From the NCBI RefSeq assembly GCF_009914755.1, contig NC_060934.1: a stretch of DNA of 64,000 nt. One strand, 5' to 3'. Numbering within the stretch: the first letter of the stretch is position 1; each line of letters begins with the position of its first letter. The position numbers and the translations under genes are program-made. The DNA comes from the human T2T-CHM13v2.0 reference genome, Homo sapiens. Positions 27,086-39,072 of this stretch are shown one piece after another. The notes beneath the pieces were generated by a model, which saw nothing but the letters and a program-made list of their open reading frames with translations, did not search any database and was not told the DNA's origin.

Positions 27086-27309
27086 ATAAAGGCAAAAAAT
27101 GTATTCGGTCTCTCTGCAGTTTCTTCTCTACCCTATACCTCTTTAGTGCTAAGATCAAGAAGCGGTCTCACTCTCTCTCTCTCGTTTCTTGCTTCAGTGG
27201 CACTCGCAATTTTCTTAAATATTCCTAGAAAACTGCATCTCAGATTTTCTTTTGAAATTATATTTTACTTTTGTTCTTGGACTAAAATAATTTGTGATGC
27301 TTTCCTGAT

Positions 27310-27515
27310 TTCATTCATTCACTTTATCAAATTTATACTGAGTGGTTACATTGTGTCAGAAACTCTGTTAAACGCCTAAAGTACAAAGTCAAATAAGACC
27401 AGGTGCCTGCCATCAAAAAGTTTACAATCTAGTAAGGGAGACAGATGTATAAACACACAGTAATATATCAATTAAGATGTACTATAATTCAAGCATGTAA
27501 AAGTGCTAAGAACAG
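27310..27515 (-). mobile_element. L2 3' end
   Basis: TTCATTCATTCA..TTTACAATCTAGTAAGGGAGACAGA. Confidence 0.7.
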
Positions 27516-27559
27516 ATTCTGCCACTAGATGTAGAGTTAGAAAATTTGGTTAAATGAAA

Positions 27560-27715
27560 TAGGCTTAGTAGTTTTATAATCTTAAGTCAGTCATTTAACT
27601 ACTCAAAGTTCCAGTTTTTCAACTGTGTAATGGAGAAAATGTCACCCAACTCACTGGGTTATTGTGATAATTAAATGTAAACATGTCTACAAAAGTATTG
27701 TATAAACTACATAGT
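27560..27715 (+). mobile_element. MIR
   Basis: AGTCATTTAAC..CAGTTTTTCAACTGTGTAATGGAG. Confidence 0.65.
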
Positions 27716-28785
27716 ATCACTGTGTATTATAGTACACTGTGATATATCGATATTTTAGAAATAATCATTGATTTGTTAACTTTCTTTGTAAATTAGTGAG
27801 AATAGAGTTAGTAATGTGCTTTAAAATCTGAGAAAAATAATTAATACAATATTTTTCCTGTAACTGAGAATAACAGATGGAATTTTAATAGTTTTTGGGG
27901 GAAAAAAAGGAAACAGCTTGAAATGTAATGAAGAAGATGAAGAATAACATGGAAGAAGGGCTATAATGGTTGGAAGAGACAAAGGCCAACCAGATAGTAA
28001 GCTTGACAAGAACACAGGCATGGTAGAAAACATGGTGCAGAAGGCAGGGCTTTGAAGATGAAGAGAAATCTTATTTAGTAAGTACAACCTTGCCATATAT
28101 CCTTATTAATCACATAAATTTTCTTTTAAAAAGGTGAAAGTGAGGGTAATTCAGTGAGCACAATATCTTCTCCCAGAATAATTTAAATACAAAGTTCTAC
28201 TATGGTTCCAGTTTCTCACAAATTAGGACCTAAGCATCTACATACATAGGGATAAAAACAGTCTGTTTTCTGATTGATTTAATGTTTGCTTGTCTGTAGA
28301 ATGGTGGCTTCTGGTAAAAACTGTGAATTATCTCCATATTTCCTATGCCTCTCCAATCCTTTAAAAAACAATGGAAGAAATTATAAGCTAAAGAACAAGT
28401 AATCACAGATCCATATAAAGTCAAGAAAAAAATAATGGTAAAAGTAAAATCACCCTACAATACAAATTGTCTGGACAAACAATTTAAAATATAATCTGAA
28501 ATGACATACTCAGTGTAATATACCAGAGTGAATAGTACTACTTGACATTTAATATTTCAGTGTTCTGACTCTTCTGTGTAAACATTTCTATCTTAATGAC
28601 ATAAAAATGTAAAGTATTTTCAAAAAGTCTTTAACATTTAATACCTTATCGCCAGCTCTTACATACATGGGCATAATAAGAGACAGGAGGAAAATAGAGA
28701 ACACAGAAAACATTCATCACATATATGGGCTAAATGCTTGTATTTATCCCTATATACTTTTATACGATTACTAACAAGTACTTCT

Positions 28786-29029
28786 TCTTTTTTTTTTTAT
28801 TATACTTTAAGTTTTAGGGTACATGTGCACATTGTGCAGTTTAGTTACATATGTATACATGTGCCATGCTGGTGTGCTGCACCCCCTAACTCATCATCTA
28901 GCATTAGGTATATCTCCCAATGCTATCCCTCCCCCCTCCCCCGACCCCACCACAGTCCCCAGAGTGTGATATTCCCCTTCCTGTGTCCATGTGATCTCAT
29001 TGTTCAATTCCCACCCATGAGTGAGAATA
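28786..29029 (-). mobile_element. Young L1PA2 / non-Ta L1HS-like 3' fragment (~245 bp)
   Basis: Perfect 17-bp TSD TACTAACAAGTACTTCT at 28769-28785 and 29030-29046; GAGATCAC, GAATATCAC and GCTAGATGA diagnostics. Confidence 0.95.
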
Positions 29030-29523
29030 TACTAACAAGTACTTCTAATTGGAGCACAGAAACTGACAGATGAGAGTTGGGGTGAGAGGTGGGGGGAACA
29101 AACTAAACTTAGGAAAAGGGAGACATTTTATTTAGTAACCTAGAAAAATACTTACATGTTCAGGATCCAGTGACTTCTATTCATTCAGCCTATAGGTATG
29201 GATATACCCATGGCATTTCAGTGACCCCTGCTCCCAGACCAGCATTAAACACAACTGGTTATAAAATTTTTCTCAATAAATTGCTATAAATAGCTCCAAT
29301 ATTATATTATTTAATAAAGGCAGGAAAGTACTAGGTTGAGAGTTAACTGGCCCTGGATTGAAAATTCCTTCATTATGTTCAGATGCACCCTTTATCATTT
29401 TAGAGACTAAACCACAAGGACACAAACTGAAGAAAGAATTGGAAACTAAAAGAATGATATTCACTAGAGACAATGGAACACAATGCCCTTCAGGGTCAGG
29501 GACAACATCTGCACAAAACAAGC

Positions 29524-29932
29524 TGTAGTGGATGTATGTTGCACCCACCAGATCTCCCTTCAGGATTGAAGAACTTAGTCTCCTGGCTGCTGGGAGTGTT
29601 GCCAGCTGACAACCCTCTCTAGGAATTGTCCTTAGCTGAAAAGAGTCATCTTTTCCAAGGTCTTGCTGCCTGCATCCAATGATTGGTCAATGTGAGAGTC
29701 TGAAGGTCTGATCCTCTCATCTCCAATCTGAAAGGCCATCCCAGCTCCAGAGCTTCAGGCTCACTGAGTCCTTGTTTAGGAGGCATCACAGACCAATGTC
29801 TTCCTCTGCCCAATTCTGCTTTCTTCCCTTTCCCCAAAAGTGTTGATTCTGAAGAACAATTTCCCCCCAAAATTCCCTTCATGCCAATCTCCATCTCAGA
29901 ATCTGCTTTCTTGGAAACCCAACCAGCAAGCC
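29524..29932 (+). mobile_element. LTR16C-like ERVL solo LTR
   Basis: CAGATCTCCCTTCAGGA, GGCCATCCCAGCTCCAGAGCT and CATCTCAGAATCTGCTTTC. Confidence 0.8.
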
Positions 29933-30249
29933 AAGAAGATGTTGAACTACTGCCATGGAGTTTCATTGTGAAGAAACCATGATATTAGGAACATCACACA
30001 TCTCTAGGTAATCCAGGACACTAAGTAATAGATCAGGTTCTTGCTTGGTATGGTGATCAACTAAATAAGCCACAGAAAATCTGGAGAGGAGACAGAGGTG
30101 CCAAAGGAACATTAGAGGAAAGGTTAAAGGAATTTGAAATATTTATTTTAGAGACAAATGATAGGGTGAAAATCAACAGTACAAAAACAGACAGTAAAAT
30201 TTAGGTTAGATTTAAGAAATGTTTTCCAATAATTAAAAATGCTAGAATA

Positions 30250-30588
<339 letters not shown>

Positions 30589-30599
30589 TTACTATTATG

Positions 30600-30760
30600 C
30601 CAATAACAATGATTTGAGTTTACTCTATGTTGGGAACTAGGCACGCACGTAATCTTATTTAAATTCCTCACAACAATTCTGTGAGGAAGTCCAATTATTA
30701 TGCCCATTTTATAGACAAAGAAATTAAGGCTTACAAAGTTAAAGTAACTTGTCTGAGCTA
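30600..30760 (-). mobile_element. MIR
   Basis: CCTCACAACAATTCTGTGAGG..CCCATTTTATAGA. Confidence 0.8.
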
Positions 30761-30979
30761 CTGCCTCTTCATGTATACTGTTAGAATCCGAGAAGATGAA
30801 AAGGCCTGCTTACTTTTCCTAAATCCAGAGAGAAACTGACTAGTTGATATGGACAAATTATAGAGTCTTTTTGGGGCCTCTGTTGCTATCCGTGTCAAAT
30901 ATAGTTTTAAATGGCCAGCAAGGTAAGTAATCAATATATGAAATCTTAAGGAGGAAGTATGCCTCCATGTACGTTCATA

Positions 30980-31120
30980 GGCTGGGTGCAGCAGCATGTG
31001 CCTATAGACTTAGCTACTGAAGAGGCTGAAGCAGGAGGATTGCTTGAGCCTAGGAGTTTGATGCCAGCCTAGGCAACATAGTGAGACCTGCTCTCTAATT
31101 AAAAAAACAAAACAAAACAA
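30980..31120 (+). mobile_element. FLAM_A monomer
   Basis: Alu monomer containing AGCTACT..GGAGGATTGCTTGAGCC..CAGCCTAGGCAACATAGTGAGACC. Confidence 0.82.
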
Positions 31121-31249
31121 TACACACAGTTTTCTTTCTTCAGCTTAACAATAGTCACTGTAATTCTTCTGACAAGGCATGGTCTAAAATCAGGACCTTA
31201 TTCCACATGAACATACCACAAGGGCAATAGGAAAACAGGATAAATAGGA

Positions 31250-31490
31250 GGCATGATGGTATAGTAGACTTTGATGGGAGACAGATCTGGATTTAAATCC
31301 TGATCTTGCTACTTAACTAGCATTTGTGGTCTTGGATTAATTATCTGAACCTCACTTTCCTTATTGAGTCAATCTGGATAAAAACACTACTCCTGCTTTC
31401 CAGGGTTGCTAGGATAATTACATGAGATATGGTATAAAAGTATAAAAAGCAGGGTCTGGCATATGGTAGATATTCAACAAACTATAATTT
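31250..31490 (+). mobile_element. MIR
   Basis: CTGGATTTAAATCCTG..CTGGCATATGGTAGATATTCAA. Confidence 0.75.
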
Positions 31491-31993
31491 CCTTTCACTT
31501 CCTGTATCCCCCAAAACCATTTAGTATATATTGAAAATCTCTTTCACCATTGTAGTTAAGCTTATTTGATAAAAATCAGTCTATTTTGTGAATAAAAAGT
31601 TACCCTAAAAGTGCTCAGAACACTCATTATCAAGTTCCAAGAGATGCAAAACATACCCAAGATACCAAAGTGAAAGCATAAGACTGATGAGTGACTTGGG
31701 AAGTCCAAGTATCTCCATACAACTGTAATCAATAATAGTTACTGTGCTAGGCACTATTCTAAGCTCTTTACCTGCAGTAAGTTGTTAATTAGTCACAATA
31801 ATCATATAAGGTAGGTAGATAAGGAAACCAAGACCCAAAGAAGTTAAGCAAAATGTGAAATAACAAAGAACCACTCAAGTCACTCTCACACAGAGCTGGT
31901 GCCACATTTTGAAAAACAACTTGTCATGATTACATCAAGAGCTTCAAAAATAGTTAGAATATTTACTAATATAAAAATATTCCTAAAATATTA

Positions 31994-32333
<340 letters not shown>

Positions 32334-32479
32334 AAGATGGTATATGGAAAGTAATTGTGATTTGCTTAATATTCCATATATTTATATAAAGGGGCTAAAG
32401 GGAAATATATCAGCATACTAACAAGGGTTATTTCTGGGAGACAGAATTGTGGGTAATATGCTTAAAAAACAATGCTATT

Positions 32480-32870
32480 TATTCCTCCAAGCCATTTCAT
32501 TTTCCTCCTGTCACAGAAAGACACATTCCTGCCTTAAACACCCTCTCCCCTATAGCTTTGTCACTCCCCTGGCCATGTAACTGAATTCAGGTGATAGAAT
32601 GTGGGTGGGAATGGTATAGGGCAACTCCAGGCCCGAATCTATGTGTGGTCTTCCACGTTTTCCTTTCCTCCTGTCAGTCAGTTATGCCATCAAGGTAACT
32701 TTGAGGCAACAAAATGGTGGAGCCACAAACAGAAATATCCTGGGTTCCTGACGCTTGAAAGACAGTCACACAGGAAAGGCCTTATCTGCATTTCTCTGAG
32801 AGAGAAATAAACTACTAATGTATTATGCTACTGACATTTCAGGGTTTGTTACCTCAGTAACTGATAAGGT
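32480..32870 (+). mobile_element. Old MLT1 (J/K-like) LTR fragment
   Basis: GGCCATGTAACTGAATTC, ATGGTGGAGCCACA and GAGAGAGAAATAAACT. Confidence 0.6.
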
Positions 32871-32974
32871 AATTTCTGTAATTTTCCTTATTCTTTTCCT
32901 GTATTTTCCAAAATGCCAATAAGGAACATGTAATAGTTCCACAACTGGTATTCAAAAAAGTTTTTTTTTTTTTT

Positions 32975-33286
32975 GGCCGGATACAGTGGCTCATGCCTCT
33001 AATCCCAGCACTTTGGGAGGTCGAAGCGGGTGAATCCAGAGGTCAGGAGTTCAAGACTAGTCTGGCCAACATGGTGAAACCCTGTCTCTACTAAAGATAG
33101 AAAAAATTAGCTGGGCGTGGTGGTGGGCGCCTGTAATCCCAGCTACTCGGGAGGCTGAGGCAGAAGAATCGCTTGAACTCAGGAGGTGGAGGTTGCAGTG
33201 AGCCGAGATCGCGCCACTGCACCCAGCCTGGGCGACAGAGTGAGGCTCCGTCTCAAAATTTAAAAAAAAAAAAAATGAAAAAAAAA
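32975..33286 (+). mobile_element. AluSg-type
   Basis: Dimeric Alu lacking the Sx CT insertion; A/T-run TSD. Confidence 0.9.
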
Positions 33287-34869
33287 GTTTGGTTTTTTTT
33301 AATGCATGACTTTTAACTCAGTAATTTCAGTTTGGGAAATTTAGCCTAAGCCAATAAACTGAAATGCAGGTAAAAACTTACACATCAAAGTGTTTATTAT
33401 AAGGTTACTTATAAAACTTTAAAAAAATAAACAACTTAAATGCCATTCACACACATAAAAGTTTAGTAAACTATACTCGTGATGGAATATTAGGCAACCA
33501 TTAAAATTATTTTAATGAAAACTCTGATGACACAAAAACCAAGATTAAAAGTTGTTCAAATATGGAAAAAACTGTTAACAGAGATGTAAGCTTTCTCTGC
33601 ATGATTACTTAATACTCATCTATACTTTATAGTATTTTCCAAGTTTTCTGAAAGGAGACCATAATGCTATTATAAGAAGAAAAAAAGTGTTCATAAAAAT
33701 AATAGCTAACTGTGCTGTGATAAAGGCACCAGCAGTATCATTGATGCAATGGTGCTACTGGGAAGGGCACTTACAGACCATCTGCTTACCTTCCCCAAGC
33801 ACAGAGGAAAGAGACTGACAGTTGTGAGGGAGGGGCTAGTACTTCTGGTGCCCAGGGTGGAGATAAGGCACTAAGACAGAGCTGCTTTGTTAGATAAAGC
33901 TCTCTCTGGTCAGACACCCTTGCTGCCCTCAGTATAGCATCAGACTCAAGAAGGTTTATGAGTCACCAGTAAAGAGAAATTTCAACTGAAGGGAATAAAG
34001 AAGCCAGTGCTAGAAGTTTGACAAATCAGCAAAAGGGCACATAGGGAACTTAAAGGGCTGCCAGCAATGTTCCATTTCTTGATGGTTACATGGTTTCATT
34101 TGTTGAACTGTGCATATGTTTTATGTATTTTTCAGTTTGTATGCTATATTAAATAACAAAATATGTATTTTTAAATTCAGCAGCAGCATCTTCCTAAATG
34201 AGACAGAAGAAGGCTTTAGAGGCAGAACAAGAAGGAACAATGCTCAGTGCAGGCCTGAGAACGGGCCCAGAGGAACAGTAATCTCTCAGTGTCAACGTAT
34301 TGCTTTGTAGCTTACAAAGTGTTTCTACATCACATACTGCATTTAAGGCTCAGCATTACTCAGAATAGAGATCTTGAACTCATGTCGGCTGATCATATCC
34401 AGTTGTTTTCCACTATACCAAATTCAACACAAAATACATTTGTGGATTGAAAAAAAATTTTTAAGGTATTAAGGCATGAGTGCTCACAGACTTCCTCTAA
34501 GATCTTGCTTAACTAAAAGGAATTGAGGTTTTGCCTACCCAGCTTCACTGGCCACCCTCTATCTGAGGAAATTTCTATCTCCACCAGAAAATGTTGAGAC
34601 TTTCTGATGAAGAACATAAAAAATCAGAATAGAAAAACAGAATTGAGCCAGAAGAAAAGCAAGAAGAGAGGTTAGTCAAGAAAGAGGAAAGGGAAGAAGG
34701 AGAAACTATCAGACATCAATGAGAAACAAGTCTGTTGGGCATAGAAGTAGTTTAGAGGGTAAAAGACCTCAACAAATGTGGCTGTAGTCTTGGGATTGTA
34801 TTTCTTTGAGCAAGACATGATGTGATTCCAAATTTTCTAGGGGCAGCACATTAATTGGAGTCAACTTCC

Positions 34870-35790
34870 AGATTGTTTGTTAGGAGCTGCAGGAGATAAG
34901 TACAAAGAATAATACTGGACTCCTGCCTGTAAGGGGTTCACAGGCTTCTGAGGGGGAATAGATACATAAATGATTAAGGCTCCTTGCATGTGTAATGGAA
35001 GTGCAGAGATTAGAGTTACTAATTCTGCTTGGGAAAGCTGTGGGAAAGCCTCACAAAGAAAGGAACACTGGAGCTGGGTGTAGGAAAATGAATAGGAGCT
35101 CACAGACCAAAGAGGGCAGGTATGGAGTGTGTTCTAGGTAACTGAAATAGCACAGAGACATTAAGCATTCACATAATACCACCACATTTGGTGCAGCTGA
35201 AACATAAGGAGCTGAGGTAGAGGGATAGGAAATGGGCAGGAGAGTAATCAGAGATGAGGTAGGGGTCCAGCTATAACCCGGTTGAAACAAGCCAAGAAGG
35301 CTAGACTTCATTGTTTAGGCATTGAGTAGGGGGACATACTGATGTTTGTATATTTCAGTATTAACACAGTAGTACTGCAAAAAAGGATCACTGGAAAGAA
35401 ATAGCAATGAGATAACGGTGGGGATGGGGGCAAGAAAATTAGGAGGCTGTTGCAAATAGAACAGGCAGCAAATGAAGGAGTTTTAGAATCGATGGATATG
35501 GGTTTAAAACCTGGCTTTTGTCACAAGTTATTTGACCTTGAGAAACTAAACAATCTCCTCATACCTGTTTCCTCTTCCATAAAATAAAAATAATATTATC
35601 CTTGCAGAATTGTTACGATAATTAAATATGATAATGTGTCTTGTAGTATCTGGCTACATATTAAGTGATAAATATTAGTAACATATGCATTGGTAGTAGA
35701 GTGGCATTGAGGATAAGGAGACAGATTCAAGAGGTATTTATGAGATAATTACCATCAACAGGATTTGGGGACTAATTGGATGTTTATTTT
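34870..35790 (-). mobile_element. L2 with a nested + strand MIR (~35480-35680)
   Basis: ACTAATTCTGCTTGGG, TTAGGAGGCTGTTGCA and CAACAGGATTTGGGGACTAATTGGATG. Confidence 0.7.
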
Positions 35791-36009
35791 GGGAAAAATG
35801 CAGAGAGTGGAAAAAATCCTATATTTAGCAACTACTTTGTTCTCTGCAACAAAGACATTTAATACCAACACACTGAATTGCTAACATCTATCGCTGCTAG
35901 ACACCATGCCTAGTAGAACAGAATCTTCCAGCAATGTCATTTGGTGTGAATGTAGGTCTCTCTTCTTTCTTATATTTCTTCTACTTCATTGGCTAAAGAT
36001 TCTCCATTC

Positions 36010-36725
36010 AGGTTCCTCAAGAAAGTAAAAATTGAACTGTCATATGATCCAGCAATCCCACTGCTGGGCATATACCCAAAAGAAAGGAAATCAGTATATC
36101 AAAGAGCTATCTGCACTCCCATGCCTGTTGCAGCACTGTTCACAATAGCTAAGATTTGGAAGCAATCTAATTGTCCATCAGCAGAAGAATGGATAAAGAA
36201 AATGTGGTACATATACACAATGGAGTACTATTCAGACATAAAAAGAATGAGAGGGTCATTTGCAAAAACCGGAAGTCATTATGCTAAATGAAATAAGCCA
36301 GACACAGAAAGACAAACATCACATGTCCTCACTTATTTGTGGGATCCAAAAGTTAAAACAATTGAACTCTCAGAGATAGAGAAGAAGGATGATTACCAGA
36401 GGCTAGGAAGAATAGTAGCCGGGGCAGTGAGGAGGTGGGGATGGTTAATGGGTACAAAAAAAAAATAGTTAGAAAGAATTAATAAGACCTACTATTTGAT
36501 AGCACAACAGGAGGACTATAGTCAATAATAATTTAATTGTACACTTAAAATTAAGTAAAATTAGATTGTTTGAATCACAACGGATAAATGCTTGAGGGAA
36601 TGGATACCCTATTTTCCATTATGTGATTATTACGCATTGCATGCCTATACCTAAGTATCTCATGTACCCCATAAATATATATACCTGCTATGTAGGCACA
36701 AAAATAAAAAATAAAATAAATAAAA
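36010..36725 (+). mobile_element. L1MA (MA2/3-like) 3' end
   Basis: ORF2 C-terminus YDPAIPLLGIYPKE, 3'UTR and A-tail. Confidence 0.9.
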
Positions 36726-37661
36726 TACATAACTTTAAAAAATTCTCCATTCAAATATTTCAAATTTTCAAAATAAATATATTCAAAAATTGTATCAGGT
36801 AATTTAGATCCAAGGTAGAGTTGTTATCTAATTAGCAACAACATCAATTGCAAATGTTAAAAGAACTCCATATACTTGTAGTGAAACCTCCAGTAGCCAA
36901 TAAAGAAGTCCCGCAACCAAACTGGAGATGATTAAAGTCACTGTTCCTGCAACTTGGGTATTGTACATATTGAAAGTCAATCAACACTTTATTTATCTGC
37001 TTTAATAGAACTGTTGAGATCGATTACAGGACACAAATCACTTATAAACTATTTTCTTATAGTGAAGTAAGTTGTGTGTAAATCTCTATTATCTCTTACG
37101 GCATATTCAGTTACTGCACAATGGAGGTGAAGCAGGGCCCAATAATAGTTGAAAAAAGAATTGATCTTAGAGAAGATTCACATATTCCTAACTTTTGGGC
37201 TCCTTCCGAAAGCCCAGATAACACCACTCAAAAGACACTTCATTTTTGAGGAAAAAATGGCCTAAAAGCTACCAAAATGAGCAGCCCAAATGCCACTGAA
37301 AATCCCCAAGGATGCAGACCACTGACTGCCTGCCCATCATGGCTTGGAGATGCCTGAATTAGAGCAATAAAATGAAATTAAAGCTCTCACTGAGATCATC
37401 TGCTGTAGAGCTTCAAAAAATTTAAAAGCAGATTTCTTGAAAGGGAAACATTTAAGAACTTAAAAGGAAGGGGAAGATTCCTTAATAAAAGCAAAATATC
37501 CTACTAAATGACTGGTGGAGCTTAAATCCACAAATAATTGTGGTAACAAAGTAAAGCACTCATACGCTTTTTCTCTTTCCCATATAATCACTGAGGAAAA
37601 TGAAATTTTAGAAGGTGAAAATGGAGGATTTAGTACTATTCCTTCAACAAAAATAAGAGGT

Positions 37662-38036
37662 TGATATGGTTTGGCTGTGCCCCCACCCAAATCTCATCTT
37701 GAATTGTAACTCCCACAATTCCCACATATCGTGGGAGGGACCCAGTGGGAGGTGAATGAATTATGGGGACAGGTCTTTCCTGTGCTGTTCTTGTGATAGT
37801 GAATGGGTCTCATGAGATCTGATGGTTCTATAAGGGGGAGTTTCCCTGCACAAGCTCTCATTTTTTTTGCCTGCCACCATCCACGTAAAAATGTGACTTG
37901 CTCCTCCTTGCTTTCCACCATGATTGTGAGGCTTCCCCAGCCAGGTGGAACTGTACGTTCAATGAAACCTCTTTCTTTTGTAAATTAGTCAGCCTCGGGT
38001 ATGTCTTTATTAGCAGTGTGAAAATGGACTAATACA
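37662..38036 (+). mobile_element. THE1 (THE1B/A) solo LTR
   Basis: TGATATGGTTTGGCTGTG...GGACTAATACA; perfect TSD GAGGT at 37657-37661 and 38037-38041. Confidence 0.95.
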
Positions 38037-38285
38037 GAGGTAAAATAAAAAACACTATGAATTTCTCAAATCCTCACAATTTAGTATCCGTTGGGGCATT
38101 TTCTTGCTGGAAGGAACTATAAAATAAAAATTAAGATTGCTCCAATATGCTGCATAAAGGCCAAATAGCAAACACTTCTTAATCCAGGGCAACTGTACTT
38201 GGTAACTTGATGTAACATCAGCTGCATGTCTGATCTAGTATGTTCTTACATATAGAATAAATGTTTAATAAGAAAGGTTACCCAG

Positions 38286-38339
38286 ATCCCAATAAATATG
38301 TACAATTCTTATATGTCAATTTAAAAAATAAAATTATAA
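38286..38339 (+). mobile_element. 54-bp L1MA terminal stub
   Basis: ATAAATATGTACAATT..GTCAATTTAAAAAATAAAA between 16-bp TSDs AAGAAA(G/A)GTTACCCAG. Confidence 0.8.
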
Positions 38340-38744
38340 AAGAAAAGTTACCCAGGTCCTATGAAAAACCACCCTAGTATAAGCTGATAAATCTGAACCA
38401 TGGCAGCATTAAGATACCTGTCCTCTAATACTAAAGGGCAAAGGGAAAATAGAAGATGGATATCCATCTGTTACCAAACTGAAGCCAATTTGGTGAGCTT
38501 CACCCCAACACCCGACTCCTATGACAAAGATCAATTTAAGAAAAATCCATTATAAAACTTTCCGAAGATAAAGCAATATACAAAAGTATACACACAGGAT
38601 AATCTCAACCATTTAGAAAGTCATATGCACTGAAAAAAAAAACCACTGGAAGGAAATATGCCAAATCATTGACTGCTTTTGTCTTTGATGATATAATTAT
38701 TTTTCTTCTATATACTTATATAACCTCGATAAACTTTGATGTAA

Positions 38745-39072
<328 letters not shown>

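Noticed and set aside
29150-29195. Minus-strand micro-exon ending in CAT|GTAAGT
   Set aside because: Stops in all three frames and a weak acceptor; unsupported
37750-37945. DUX4 site and PRDM9 hotspot motif in the THE1 LTR
   Set aside because: The DUX4 position reads TGAATGAATTA rather than TAATTGAATCA, and CTTCCCCAGCCAG does not match CCNCCNTNNCCNC
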